Positions 20,240 through 30,086 of a stretch of 64,000 bases of DNA are shown here, one piece after another. The notes beneath the pieces are model-generated. The model did not search any database and was not told where the DNA came from. It saw only the letters and a program-made list of their open reading frames with translations. Origin of the DNA: a virus (taxonomy: Duplodnaviria > Caudoviricetes); IMG/VR virus record IMGVR_UViG_3300010885_017808, positions 524 to 64,523 of that record. One strand, given 5' to 3'. Numbering within the stretch: the stretch's first letter is position 1; each line of letters opens with the position of its first letter. A program made the translations under genes and the position numbers.

Positions 20240-21673
20240 ATGATTAAAGACTACGGAATAGAAGTACAGAAATTATACCTTGAAATGATGTTGGCAGATG
20301 CAGAAGTATTTGTTCGTTGTCAAGGTATCTTTGATCACACGTTGTTTGATCGAAAACTGCAGGACGCTGCTGAGTTTATCAACGAGTATGCCAAGGGCTA
20401 TAATGTATTACCAGACTTTGAAATGGTCAATGCAAGTTGTCGAACGGATCTTAAACGACCAGACGATCTCAAAGACGGGCACATGGATTGGCTCATGGAT
20501 GAGTTTGAAAGTTTTACTAGACACAAAGCTATTGAACGTGCAATTATTGCCAGTGCTGATTTATTGGAAAAACATAATTATGGTGAAGTCGAAGCACTAA
20601 TTAAAGAAGCTGTGCAAATTGGACTTGCTCGAGACATGGGCACAGATTACTTTTTAGATCCACGTGGACGCCTATTAGGCCTTAAAGATAAAAACGGTCA
20701 AGTATCTACTGGCTGGGCTACCATGGACAAGCGATTGTTCGGCGGATTCAATCGTGGTGAACTAAACATCTTTGCTGGCGGATCGGGTGCAGGTAAGAGT
20801 CTATTCCTGGCAAACTTAGGCGTTAACTTTGCACTCTCCGGTCTTAATGTAGTTTATCTAACACTAGAACTTAGTGAAGCACTAGTAGGTATGCGTATTG
20901 ACAGTATGGTAACTGGAGTATCAACTAGAGAGATTTTTAAAGATCTTGACGCTGTTGAAATGAAAGTTAAGATGATTGGCAAGAAGTCTGGTATGTTACA
21001 GATCAAATACATGCCGTCGGGTAAGACAACTAATGATATTAGAGCCTATCTAAAAGAATACGAAATCAAATGTGGTAAGAAAGTAGACGTACTATTGGTA
21101 GACTACTTGGACTTGTTAATGCCTATTGGTAAGAAGATTTCAGCAGAAAACTTGTTTATCAAAGACAAATATGTATCAGAAGAACTTAGAAATCTAGCCA
21201 TGGAAAAGAAATGTGTGTTCGTTACTGCGGCACAGTTGAATCGTGGTGCTGTTGAAGAAGTTGAGTTTGATCACAGTCACATTTCAGGCGGGCTTAGTAA
21301 GATTCAAACAGCGGATAATGTCTTTGGTATCTTTACCAGTCGTGCTATGCGTGAACGTGGCAAGTATCAACTTCAGCTGATGAAAACTCGTAGTTCGAGC
21401 GGAGTAGGTATGAAGATTGACCTAAACTTCGATATTGAAACTTTAAAAATTACAGACTGTCCTGAAGATGAGCAAGACAGCAACGGAGCCACTAATAGAG
21501 GTAGTAGCAGTATCATTGAAAGTATCAAAGCACGTAGTACTATTAAAGCAGATGCAGACGGTGTTATACATGACGATCCTACAAAAGGCATGCCCGTGGG
21601 AAAGATAAGAGCCACTGTAGAAAGCAGCAAGCTCAGAGAAATTTTAAATAATCAGTTTGGCGATGAAGACTAA
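20240..21673 (+). CDS. replicative helicase gp41/DnaB-like
   Basis: GGSGAGKS, TLEL, VDYLD, AQLNR, MKTR. Confidence 0.9.
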   Translation: MIKDYGIEVQKLYLEMMLADAEVFVRCQGIFDHTLFDRKLQDAAEFINEYAKGYNVLPDFEMVNASCRTDLKRPDDLKDGHMDWLMDEFESFTRHKAIERAIIASADLLEKHNYGEVEALIKEAVQIGLARDMGTDYFLDPRGRLLGLKDKNGQVSTGWATMDKRLFGGFNRGELNIFAGGSGAGKSLFLANLGVNFALSGLNVVYLTLELSEALVGMRIDSMVTGVSTREIFKDLDAVEMKVKMIGKKSGMLQIKYMPSGKTTNDIRAYLKEYEIKCGKKVDVLLVDYLDLLMPIGKKISAENLFIKDKYVSEELRNLAMEKKCVFVTAAQLNRGAVEEVEFDHSHISGGLSKIQTADNVFGIFTSRAMRERGKYQLQLMKTRSSSGVGMKIDLNFDIETLKITDCPEDEQDSNGATNRGSSSIIESIKARSTIKADADGVIHDDPTKGMPVGKIRATVESSKLREILNNQFGDED

Positions 21674-21899
21674 CGTAGTAGAGATTTTAAAGTGGTTGCC
21701 CGAAGAAGGTGAAAACATAGAGATAGATTGGCCCAAGGTACATAAAACCATAGGCATAGATCACACTAACTGGTTACTAAAACAACTACCCACAACGTGT
21801 CAGCTGATGTTGTATAGAAACGATATCTATTGCAGACTTGTAGCGGAATTTTATGACGACACACTGTTGTTACAATATCGTTTAATGTGGGCTAAATAA
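21657..21899 (+). CDS. hypothetical protein
   Basis: ORF overlapping helicase end. Confidence 0.5.
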   Translation: MAMKTNVVEILKWLPEEGENIEIDWPKVHKTIGIDHTNWLLKQLPTTCQLMLYRNDIYCRLVAEFYDDTLLLQYRLMWAK

Positions 21900-21902
21900 T
21901 GA

Positions 21903-22295
21903 ATGCGAGCAAAAGAATTTATTATTGAATATCGTGCAAAAACCAGCGGAAATGCCAAGGCAGTCAGTCTAGCCAAAGATGCTGCATTGCCCGGAGTTTT
22001 TGTACAGCGTCAGTTAAGAAATACCGATCCTTATATGCAATATCGCCTAGGCATGGCAGTTGCAGCAGCGAGAGCAAATAAAGCAGGTGATGTAGAGTTT
22101 AGCCAAGAAAGTGCCTGGGCCGAAAATCTAACGCAGATAATGTATGCTCCCGAAGATGAAGAAACCATTATGCTGGCCAGTAAATTAATGGGTGTAAAAC
22201 CAACAAGAATTACAGATAACGCCAGCCGCGAATCCAAGGGTACCGTTGTACATAGCCCTGTGGCCAACGTAAAAAAGAACAAGTACGGAGTCTAA
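21903..22295 (+). CDS. putative head-internal protein (CTS-like N-terminus)
   Basis: MRAKEFIIE; TAAATA 4 nt upstream. Confidence 0.55.
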   Translation: MRAKEFIIEYRAKTSGNAKAVSLAKDAALPGVFVQRQLRNTDPYMQYRLGMAVAAARANKAGDVEFSQESAWAENLTQIMYAPEDEETIMLASKLMGVKPTRITDNASRESKGTVVHSPVANVKKNKYGV

Positions 22296-22296
22296 A

Positions 22297-23007
22297 GTGC
22301 GTCTTAGAGAACTACGAGAACAGTCAGACGCCATTACAATTAACCGGCGCCTTAACCCTAAAATATGGCAGGACGGCAATCTTGACCCACAGGTTGCAGA
22401 TAAGTTAAAAGAAATTGCCGAGGCCTTTGTAGACTTTATAGCTATTGAGTTAGACATTGTAGATCTTACCATAACAGGAAGTAATGCCAACTACACCTGG
22501 ACAGAATACAGCGATTTGGATCTACACGTTATTGTCTCAGGCATGCCCGATGAACGCAGTCGCGAACTATTCAATGCAAAAAAGACTCTATGGGCCGATC
22601 AACACGATATCACAGTCAAAGGCTTGCCTGTTGAGTGTTACGTACAGGGCGAGGAAGAAAAACATCACAGCACGGGTGTTTATAGCCTGTTAGACGCTGC
22701 GTGGGTAGTGGAACCTAAAAAGACCAAGCCCCAGGTAGATGATAGTGCTGTAGACGCTAAAAAAGACGCAGTATTGCATGATATAGAAGTAGCCCTACTC
22801 AGCAAGGATCTAGATAAGATTCGCACAGTCAAGGACAAGATCACACAGATGCGCAAAGCGGGCCTGGCCCGTGCCGGAGAGTGGTCAACAGAAAACCTAG
22901 TTTTCAAAATAATTCGAAACCTAGGTTTGATTGATCAAATTGCGGAAAAGATTCGTGAACTAGAAGATCAAGAACTCAGCCTAGAACAGGCCCAGCAGTT
23001 GGTCTAA
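22297..23007 (+). CDS. Pol-beta superfamily nucleotidyltransferase
   Basis: ITGS..SDLDLHV..VECY; GGAG SD before GTG. Confidence 0.7.
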   Translation: MRLRELREQSDAITINRRLNPKIWQDGNLDPQVADKLKEIAEAFVDFIAIELDIVDLTITGSNANYTWTEYSDLDLHVIVSGMPDERSRELFNAKKTLWADQHDITVKGLPVECYVQGEEEKHHSTGVYSLLDAAWVVEPKKTKPQVDDSAVDAKKDAVLHDIEVALLSKDLDKIRTVKDKITQMRKAGLARAGEWSTENLVFKIIRNLGLIDQIAEKIRELEDQELSLEQAQQLV

Positions 23008-23138
23008 GCTAACTTATAAAACTCTCTAACGTTCCAACAGTTTATTCTATAGACCACAAATCTAGTGGCTTCTTTAAGAGAGGGAAACGTTTTTGATGTC
23101 AACGTTCCGCCCACCATATAATAACTCACATACCACAT
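23004..23138 (-). CDS. 44-aa hypothetical (MWYVSYYMVGG..; not in ORF track)
   Basis: TAATG coupling to upstream gene; fills the gap exactly. Confidence 0.5.
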   Translation of the reverse strand: MWYVSYYMVGGTLTSKTFPSLKEATRFVVYRINCWNVREFYKLA

Positions 23139-23830
23139 TAATCTTTCTTGCCGCCAAACAACTGTAGAAGATTCAGGAACAGGTTGATAAAGTCCATGTA
23201 TAGAGTTAGAGCACCCATGACTTCCAATCTGCCATCATTCTCCATGCTGATCATTTCACGAATCTGCTGTGTGTCATAGGCAGTTAGTCCCAGGAAGATA
23301 ATGATAGCAATGGCTGAAATAACCATCTGCATGACTGTGCTGCCAATAAAGATATTTACAATGCTGGCAATCACAATGGCAATAAGTCCCACTATCATCA
23401 ATTGCCCCATTGAGCTTAGATCCTTCTTGGTAAAGTAGCCATAGCCGCTCATGACCGCAAACAAAATAGCGGCACCCATGAAAGCATTAATAATACTGCC
23501 CATTTGGTAAACAGCAAAGATTGTGGCAAAACTCAAGCCCATTAGAGCAGCAAATGCATGTAGCAGCAGTTGAGCACCCTGCTTGCTGACCTTGTCCATG
23601 AAATAGCCCACGGCAAAAATAGCTGCCAAGGGAGCAAATATCACAATCCATTTCATAATGCCGGTAAAGAAAAATGCCAGCAATTCTGGTGTAGTGCCCA
23701 CAAAGTAGCTGACCAGCATACTGGTGGTGACTGCCAGGCTCATCTGTGCATAGACACGCCCCATGGCTGAGTTTACAGCATCAGCGGAACGATAGGTGTC
23801 CGACGACATAAAATTATCAAGTGTATTCAT
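23138..23830 (-). CDS. Bax inhibitor-1/YccA family membrane protein
   Basis: About 7 TM; AYDTQ, LTLYMDFINLF. Confidence 0.9.
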   Translation of the reverse strand: MNTLDNFMSSDTYRSADAVNSAMGRVYAQMSLAVTTSMLVSYFVGTTPELLAFFFTGIMKWIVIFAPLAAIFAVGYFMDKVSKQGAQLLLHAFAALMGLSFATIFAVYQMGSIINAFMGAAILFAVMSGYGYFTKKDLSSMGQLMIVGLIAIVIASIVNIFIGSTVMQMVISAIAIIIFLGLTAYDTQQIREMISMENDGRLEVMGALTLYMDFINLFLNLLQLFGGKKD

Positions 23831-23853
23831 TGTATCTCCTTGTATGTGAATAT

Positions 23854-24015
23854 TTATTTACTGTTAATGACTTCTAAAATCTTTGTTTCAAAATGCTCTG
23901 AGTAGCGACGCTCATCCAACGAAGTCTCACTGTTGGGATACTCCAGGCATTTGCGTAGATTATCAGCAAGTTCCAGAACTTCTTTGACCCGGGGATCGTT
24001 AATGAATGTATACAT
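23854..24015 (-). CDS. hypothetical protein
   Basis: AAGGA SD, upstream TTGACT-N17-TATACT. Confidence 0.5.
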   Translation of the reverse strand: MYTFINDPRVKEVLELADNLRKCLEYPNSETSLDERRYSEHFETKILEVINSK

Positions 24016-24151
24016 GGCAAATTCCTTTAGTGATAGTTTACAGTATACACTCACAATCAGATCCAGTCAAATACAAGGTTTCTTGACATTTTTGTTAAAT
24101 ACGCATATAATGTAATATGTTATTACAACCATCCTAGAGGACACGACCAAA

Positions 24152-24586
24152 ATGTTGCAGGTATTCACAGAGATCACAGACGAATTATTGAAGCTACTCA
24201 AGGACGATCCAGTTCGTCCCGAACTATCTGCAGAATTTAGAATCAACGACAACAGTCGTGTGTTTGTGTTAAAGAGTCCCGAAGGTGATACCTTGGCTGT
24301 GACCTGTGTCAAGTTCCTTAGCGATATTCCTGAATCAGTAGATGATCTGGCCAATGTCACTGTTAATACCAGTACAGCAGTGTTCTATACCATATGGAGT
24401 TATGCAGCGGGTGCGGGTCGTAGACTTATACAAGCAGCACAAGCAGATATCAAAGAAACAACTCCTCAAGTGGCTACCTTTGTTACACTAAGCCCCAAGA
24501 CAGAAATGGCTCGACGTTTTCACCATAAAAACGGTGCCAAAACCTACAGAGAAAACTCAGATACTGTTAACTATCTTTACGATTGA
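24152..24586 (+). CDS. GNAT-fold protein resembling malonyl-CoA decarboxylase core
   Basis: TAVFYTIW..GAGRRLI..TFVTLSP..RFHHKNG; promoter TTGACA-N17-TATAAT at 24083-24111. Confidence 0.55.
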   Translation: MLQVFTEITDELLKLLKDDPVRPELSAEFRINDNSRVFVLKSPEGDTLAVTCVKFLSDIPESVDDLANVTVNTSTAVFYTIWSYAAGAGRRLIQAAQADIKETTPQVATFVTLSPKTEMARRFHHKNGAKTYRENSDTVNYLYD

Positions 24587-24598
24587 AAGCCTGCACTA

Positions 24599-25204
24599 AT
24601 GCAACCTCACCACTACAGTAACATTGGTTACGGACTGCACAAATTTACCAGTGAGGAACTCCGACCCATATGGGACGAAATCAACAGCCTGGGCCATGAT
24701 CTAGAAACTGCTACGGGATTAGTCAATCATAAATGCAGTCTAGTACACAGCATGGCTCATGTTGAACAGTTGGTAGGTGAGCAAATTGCCGAGTTTAACT
24801 GGGCCAACAACTGGCCTAATCGAATGAAAATCTTAAAAGAACCAACTCCCTTAAAGCTGTCAGAGCTGTGGGTTAATTGGATGAGCCGTCACGAGTTTAG
24901 CTCTATACACAAGCACGACGGTGTCATGAGTTTTGTCATATGGTTAACAGTGCCATATACTCTAGAATCAGAGCTGGCTGCTAGACCCTATGTTCCCGAT
25001 TATATTAACTTTGGGGGCCAGTTTGCCCTGCACTATACAGACTCACTGGGACAGATATCTACAAAATTTCTACCTGTGTACAAAGACTGGGAGTCAACGT
25101 TGTGCTTGTTTCCAGCGGGCACGAGCCACAGTGTATTTCCCTACTACAGCAGCAACAAACTACGTGTCAGCGTTGCGGGTAATTTTACCTTCGACACCGA
25201 TTAA
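24599..25204 (+). CDS. putative 2OG-Fe(II) oxygenase
   Basis: WVN..HKH..LFP..HSV..RVSVAGN. Confidence 0.65.
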   Translation: MQPHHYSNIGYGLHKFTSEELRPIWDEINSLGHDLETATGLVNHKCSLVHSMAHVEQLVGEQIAEFNWANNWPNRMKILKEPTPLKLSELWVNWMSRHEFSSIHKHDGVMSFVIWLTVPYTLESELAARPYVPDYINFGGQFALHYTDSLGQISTKFLPVYKDWESTLCLFPAGTSHSVFPYYSSNKLRVSVAGNFTFDTD

Positions 25205-25395
25205 CGATCTGTCGTAGTAGTCCAAACTAGTCGAGCTGTCCACGAATCCCTACTGCGTATACTGAGTTTTTCAGCAAAGGCATGTGCCGCATCCCATGCG
25301 CGATCTTCATTGATTTCACGATAGCCTGATAGATCCTGGTGTTTGACAGTTTGTCCAGTACGTGTGTTTTGTGCTTGTATATTCCAATATTGCAT
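25201..25395 (-). CDS. hypothetical protein
   Basis: GGAG SD; 64 aa. Confidence 0.55.
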   Translation of the reverse strand: MQYWNIQAQNTRTGQTVKHQDLSGYREINEDRAWDAAHAFAEKLSIRSRDSWTARLVWTTTTDR

Positions 25396-25419
25396 ATCAT
25401 TCTCCCATAATATACTTAT

Positions 25420-25820
25420 CGCAATTCAGCTAGATCGAGAGTCACGAAGCGCGAAGCGCACCGCGCAAAAAAAAGATTTTTCAGATGGGGTTTTCAGAGT
25501 AGTTAATGATGATATTCACAGTGAGTCTAGTGTATAGTCTACAGTAGAGTTAGAGTCTAGGCCGTGGCTGGGCCTAGTGTGTGCAGAGTGAGAGAACTGT
25601 GAAAAAAGAGTCTGCAGGGTGAAAAAAATTGTGTGCAAATTTTCTCGTAATGAGAAAACAGTGGCGGCATGGTGATTTTCACTGTGTGCCCAAATGGGTC
25701 CTAGAGAGTGAAAAAAATTGCGCTGTAAAAAATTAGGGTGGAGTACTTTTCGTTTCATGGTGGTGATTTGCTACCCCTGTGGCGTTTTTACAACACTACT
25801 ACACGCATACACCGGCCGGG
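25420..25820. other. structured non-coding region (A-tract repeats), left boundary of early block
   Basis: GTGAAAAAAATTG at 25619 and 25708, GAGTCTAG x2, CTAGGCC/GGCCTAG hairpin; no convincing ORF. Confidence 0.55.
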
Positions 25821-25864
25821 GTTTATTATACTACCACCACCCCCCACCTGTCAACCAAAATGAA

Positions 25865-26068
25865 TCAACAACCGGTCGACCTCTCGCCTCGGACCTTCTC
25901 CCTCAGGTGACCACCACAGGTCCTTCTGGCCTTGTCGTCCCAGTTAGGAATCTGATCTAAGAGTGAATGACCCGGCTTAGGATCCCAGGGCGCATCCCTG
26001 CTATCGCGCATAGAACCACACGCAGCTAAGTTAGCGGCTAGCGCGAGCAATAGCAGCTTGTGCAGCAT
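25865..26068 (-). CDS. small lipoprotein
   Basis: Signal peptide with lipobox LAAC. Confidence 0.6.
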   Translation of the reverse strand: MLHKLLLLALAANLAACGSMRDSRDAPWDPKPGHSLLDQIPNWDDKARRTCGGHLREKVRGERSTGC

Positions 26069-26261
26069 CTGCGTAGTCCTCTAGTCTGTTATCTTCTTCT
26101 AGGCTAGCCTGTACTGCGATAGCTATAAGGCTAAGGCAATCCATACGATCCCTAGCTGGGAGAGTCTTAATGAATGCTTCTACCTGTGGCATCTCTTCCA
26201 TGCTCCACATGACATCCATCAATGCCTTCTGCTTGGCTGTCAATCCCTCAATACTGATCAT
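26031..26261 (-). CDS. early hypothetical protein
   Basis: ORF in promoter cassette. Confidence 0.55.
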   Translation of the reverse strand: MISIEGLTAKQKALMDVMWSMEEMPQVEAFIKTLPARDRMDCLSLIAIAVQASLEEDNRLEDYADAAQAAIARASR

Positions 26262-26433
26262 TGCGGATCCTTGTGCCCAAGTAGGCAGCGTAACAGGCTA
26301 ACAGTCCCAGTAGACTAATCACTGCGCTGGACATCAGTTGCTCGTTAGTCTCTGACAGTTCAATGCCACCCACACCGCCCAGGACCAGTATGGCGCCTGC
26401 GATGGCTACGATGGTTGTTTGTACTTGGTTCAT
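26248..26433 (-). CDS. small 2-TM membrane protein
   Basis: AGGAG SD; two hydrophobic segments. Confidence 0.55.
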   Translation of the reverse strand: MNQVQTTIVAIAGAILVLGGVGGIELSETNEQLMSSAVISLLGLLACYAAYLGTRIRNDQY

Positions 26434-26493
26434 GCTATGCTCCTGCGTTGTTGATGTGTCTAGTATAACAGGGGCGTGTGCCCCCGTCAACCA

Positions 26494-26940
26494 TTATTTT
26501 ACTGCCTGCAAACTGCCTACCTTAATGGTAAACACTTCGTTGTCTGTGTCCCCACGGAACTCGCTAGCCAGGCACATGGCTTCTGCTTCGGCTCGCGTAA
26601 TGGCCTGTCCCTGGCAGGTGTATTCTACCTGCGGGATAAAGCTATTGCGTACACGAGTGCAACGGTAGTAGTACTCGCCCTTGTGCTCGATAATGTGGGG
26701 ATAATCGTACCACTCGCCCCAGGGCAGACCTGCGTTGACTGCAGGCAGTTCACCATTGGCTCGCTTGTCTTTCACTGCTTGGATGTTGTCGTACTCCACT
26801 CCCACACGGGCTTGGAAGGTGCTCAGCTTGAGGATTTGTTCCTGTCCCTTGCGGACCTTCATTGGACGCAAGGTTGTCAGGGTAGCGATAGTTCCACGCT
26901 TCTTGTTCAGCAGTTGCAGGATTTCGTTTGTAGCAATCAT
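26494..26940 (-). CDS. early hypothetical protein
   Basis: Promoter plus AAGGAG SD. Confidence 0.7.
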   Translation of the reverse strand: MIATNEILQLLNKKRGTIATLTTLRPMKVRKGQEQILKLSTFQARVGVEYDNIQAVKDKRANGELPAVNAGLPWGEWYDYPHIIEHKGEYYYRCTRVRNSFIPQVEYTCQGQAITRAEAEAMCLASEFRGDTDNEVFTIKVGSLQAVK

Positions 26941-27289
26941 TTAAGACTCCTTTGTGTGTGTATGTGTATATTATACGGCACTCTGTCCAAACTGTCAACC
27001 AATATTACGAATTATCTGCCGTTGTTTCTTTGCCACGTAAAAGCTGAATCCCAAGCGGAACAGGGTGATGAAGTGCAGTCCCCCTACTTTCTTGTAGGTA
27101 GCCACTGGCCGGTTGAAGAAGGTAAAAGTGGTCATTGCGTGTCCTTAGATCTTTGTGAGGATGTAAACTTTGGCAGCGAATATGACTGCTACCACTAGGC
27201 TTGTTACGAGAATCTCTGTACCTGTCATCTTGTGCTCCTTGTTGCTATGTGTAGATTATATGATCACTTAGCCAAAATGTCAACCAAAA

Positions 27290-27586
27290 TTAATAGTATT
27301 TGCATTCCTGAACATAGACAGGTCCCTGCCCTACCATAGGCCAAGCCTCTCGAAGATAGCAGTGAGGTTGCCGGCTAGGTCTAAGGTTGATAGCCTGGGA
27401 TTGCTGCTGATAGACCGGCGGGTGGATCACACGGGGTTCTTCTCGCTGCTGCATGATGTGGTATCCTATGATGGCTCCCGCGACTATGCCAATGACTTCA
27501 CGTGGCTGGAGTTCTTGACTCTGCGCTGGCAAGATGCTCAGGGCCACGAGGGCCGCCACTATCAACCTTTTGATTGCTGTCATCAT
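27290..27586 (-). CDS. secreted/membrane hypothetical protein
   Basis: Signal peptide plus glycine-zipper-like segment. Confidence 0.6.
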   Translation of the reverse strand: MMTAIKRLIVAALVALSILPAQSQELQPREVIGIVAGAIIGYHIMQQREEPRVIHPPVYQQQSQAINLRPSRQPHCYLREAWPMVGQGPVYVQECKYY

Positions 27587-27627
27587 CTACTCCTTGTTGC
27601 TATGTCTAGATTATACTGCCGAATGCT

Positions 27628-27675
27628 CAAAATGTCAACCAAAATGAAAAAGACCCTAGTGCAAGTAGGGCCTTT
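27628..27675 (-). repeat. terminator-promoter cassette copy A
   Basis: 44/48 nt identical to 32621-32668; stem-loop, U-tract and -35 box. Confidence 0.8.
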
Positions 27676-27885
27676 ATGTGTGTTGTTATGCTACAACGTC
27701 TTCGATTGTTTGTGCGAGTGCGCTAATAGCTTCTTGTACTGCGTCGTCGTCTAAGTCGGTTAACAGTTGCAGTTGTGCTAATTTTGCGTACAATGCGGCT
27801 TGTGCTGGTGACATAGTGGTCCTTTGTTGCTAAGTGTATATTGTAATGCACTTAGCCCCAAACTGTCAACCAAAATGTAAAGCCC

Positions 27886-28182
27886 CTAAGGGCGTTGTGG
27901 GCTTTCTTGTCTCAACTGTTCTCTCTGCAGTTGCGCCTCTCCCATGGCATCGAACGCAGCATCATTGGCATTTAGCGTGTAGAGGATCGCAGCCAACCCC
28001 ACGGTGCTCATGACAAGGTTAGTGACGATCAAGGGCCAGTCTCGGATACGGATTGCGACAATCAGCCACATGAATCCTCCCAGGACCAGCATGGCGGGAC
28101 CTTCCGGATAGTAGCCTAGACCGTTGATCCCTGTGCCTACGATGAGGACCCCAGTGGCTAGCCATTTGATGATGTTGTTCAA
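27886..28182 (-). CDS. small membrane protein
   Basis: 3 hydrophobic segments. Confidence 0.55.
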   Translation of the reverse strand: MNNIIKWLATGVLIVGTGINGLGYYPEGPAMLVLGGFMWLIVAIRIRDWPLIVTNLVMSTVGLAAILYTLNANDAAFDAMGEAQLQREQLRQESPQRP

Positions 28183-28373
28183 ATCATCTCTCCTTCGCCC
28201 GATGTCATGCAGTCTAGGTCGTAGTTGGCCTCTAGGATGTCCACTTCAAAGGTGTTAAGCTCGTAGGCTACGCTGGTGCTGTAAACCGCATCAGGGAACT
28301 CTGCGCCTACTGCAATCAGGCCCTTGAGGTGTGCTAGGGCTTCTGTGAATCGTGTGCGGCGTTGCTTGGTCAT
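28179..28373 (-). CDS. early hypothetical protein
   Basis: Promoter plus GGAG SD. Confidence 0.6.
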   Translation of the reverse strand: MTKQRRTRFTEALAHLKGLIAVGAEFPDAVYSTSVAYELNTFEVDILEANYDLDCMTSGEGEMI

Positions 28374-28461
28374 TTAGTTCTCCAGTTGCTGTGTGTATGT
28401 GTTTATTATACAACCAAAATCGTCTGCTGTCAACCTCTTAAGCAGCGGTGCCGGACCCCAA

Positions 28462-28668
28462 CTAGCATTCGATATCAATGTTGCGGCCCTTGTCGAGATC
28501 TAAACGAAGATTCCTGCTGACTCTCTCTGCGATGATTCGGTCCAGTCTGCGTTCTTCGATCTGTTTGGCGTAGTCGTCAGTGCGTTGCTTTTCCATGCGA
28601 GCTGCGTCTAGACGATACTGTTCGAGGTTGTATTTTATACTGCTTTGTTCGGCTCTTGATATTTGCAT
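28462..28668 (-). CDS. early hypothetical protein
   Basis: Promoter immediately upstream. Confidence 0.6.
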   Translation of the reverse strand: MQISRAEQSSIKYNLEQYRLDAARMEKQRTDDYAKQIEERRLDRIIAERVSRNLRLDLDKGRNIDIEC

Positions 28669-28702
28669 GATGTGTCTATTATACTGCCAAACTTGCCAGC
28701 AG

Positions 28703-29113
28703 TCAACCTTTTGAAACTATCTTGCCGTCGTGGGTGACGTTGAAGTTGCCGCCGATGAGTTCAGCGCCATCATCCTCTGAGATCAGCAGCTTCTTACCCG
28801 TCATAGTTTCTCCCAGGCGAGTGATCAATAACTCTTTGGAGTTGCCTTGTCCGATAAACTCTTGATTGTCTTTACGGTAGGCGTAGAGATTCAAACCGTG
28901 TTGTTCTACTCTAATCTCAACGACTTCACGAAGATCCTCGTCCTCAACATCAAGTTCCTTCTTCCAGTGGCCCACAAACTGGTCAAGATCCTTGTGTGTG
29001 ATACCAGCCTTGGCAAACATATCTACCATGGTCATGAACATTAACTTCTCTTGAATCTTCCAGCCCACATAACAGCCAAGGACAAATACAATAATCAACT
29101 CTAGGTAATCCAT
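28703..29113 (-). CDS. hypothetical protein with N-terminal TM
   Basis: TAATG coupling. Confidence 0.6.
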   Translation of the reverse strand: MDYLELIIVFVLGCYVGWKIQEKLMFMTMVDMFAKAGITHKDLDQFVGHWKKELDVEDEDLREVVEIRVEQHGLNLYAYRKDNQEFIGQGNSKELLITRLGETMTGKKLLISEDDGAELIGGNFNVTHDGKIVSKG

Positions 29114-29439
29114 TAGATTCTCCGGGGACTGTGTAGCGCAGCCGCTTCCTTACGCATTGACCCTGCTCGCTTGTACAATAAGTCTGCGGAGGTAGTCAGT
29201 GCTTGGCTTCGTTCCATTGCCAGTCGCCCGCCACCGAACTCACGATCGATGTAGTACTGGATCAAGGCGTTCTTGATCATGCTGATCAAATCGCCGCCGG
29301 TATCGTCTGGGCAGATAAATCTAACAGGGCAACGACCCCAGGTTTTATTCTCTACAAATTCAGCGTAGTATCTACGATGATCCTTGTTGTTAGCATCAAA
29401 TGCTGTCAGCGGCCTTCCAAAATATTCTAGTCTGCTCAT
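29113..29439 (-). CDS. hypothetical protein (WGRCPVRF)
   Basis: TAAATA 5 nt before ATG 29439. Confidence 0.6.
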   Translation of the reverse strand: MSRLEYFGRPLTAFDANNKDHRRYYAEFVENKTWGRCPVRFICPDDTGGDLISMIKNALIQYYIDREFGGGRLAMERSQALTTSADLLYKRAGSMRKEAAALHSPRRI

Positions 29440-29526
29440 ATGTGTATTTACTGTTAGATAATAAAGAAGCCCCCTAAGCAAGAGTGCAAAGAGGGCTGTT
29501 GTGTCATCGCCATCTAGCGAATCTAG

Positions 29527-29829
29527 TTAGGCTGCAACGGTTTCGGCCGCGGCTTGTGTGCGTGTAGCAGCGGGGCCTGCTGGGTTCTTCTTAGCCACAT
29601 AGGCAATCGCTGCCTCAACGGCTGGGTTGCCTTTACCGTAGCTGGTATCAACCAAGAACTGAGCGATCTCTGCCTTAGTCATCTCGTTGGGCAAGGGGAT
29701 CAAGTCCACGTCCTTGTGATCGTTCTTTGCAAGGATCTTGATACGCATTGTATCATTTGCAAAGCGAATCTTTGTCTTACCGTTCAGTGTCGAAACACCT
29801 GCTACTGCGAATTTTTTTGCTGTCGTCAT
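29527..29829 (-). CDS. hypothetical protein
   Basis: KIRFAND motif; AAGGT SD. Confidence 0.6.
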   Translation of the reverse strand: MTTAKKFAVAGVSTLNGKTKIRFANDTMRIKILAKNDHKDVDLIPLPNEMTKAEIAQFLVDTSYGKGNPAVEAAIAYVAKKNPAGPAATRTQAAAETVAA

Positions 29830-30086
29830 AATAATTACCTTTGTGTGTGTTGTCTGCCAAAAGCGGCATTGTTACTATATTAACTTCTATCCAATCCAAT
29901 TGTCAACCATTTAATTAACCATTTTAACATTTATTGTCACGCTCTCCTTTTCATCTAATGCCGCGATGAACTCGTCGTCGAATACAAGATCCTGCATACT
30001 GAGATCGATCATGGATTCAACCTTGGCCAAGTCAGCATCGCCCTGCCCGGCACATTCGATAGTGAATGAGAATGTAATAGTCCTAG

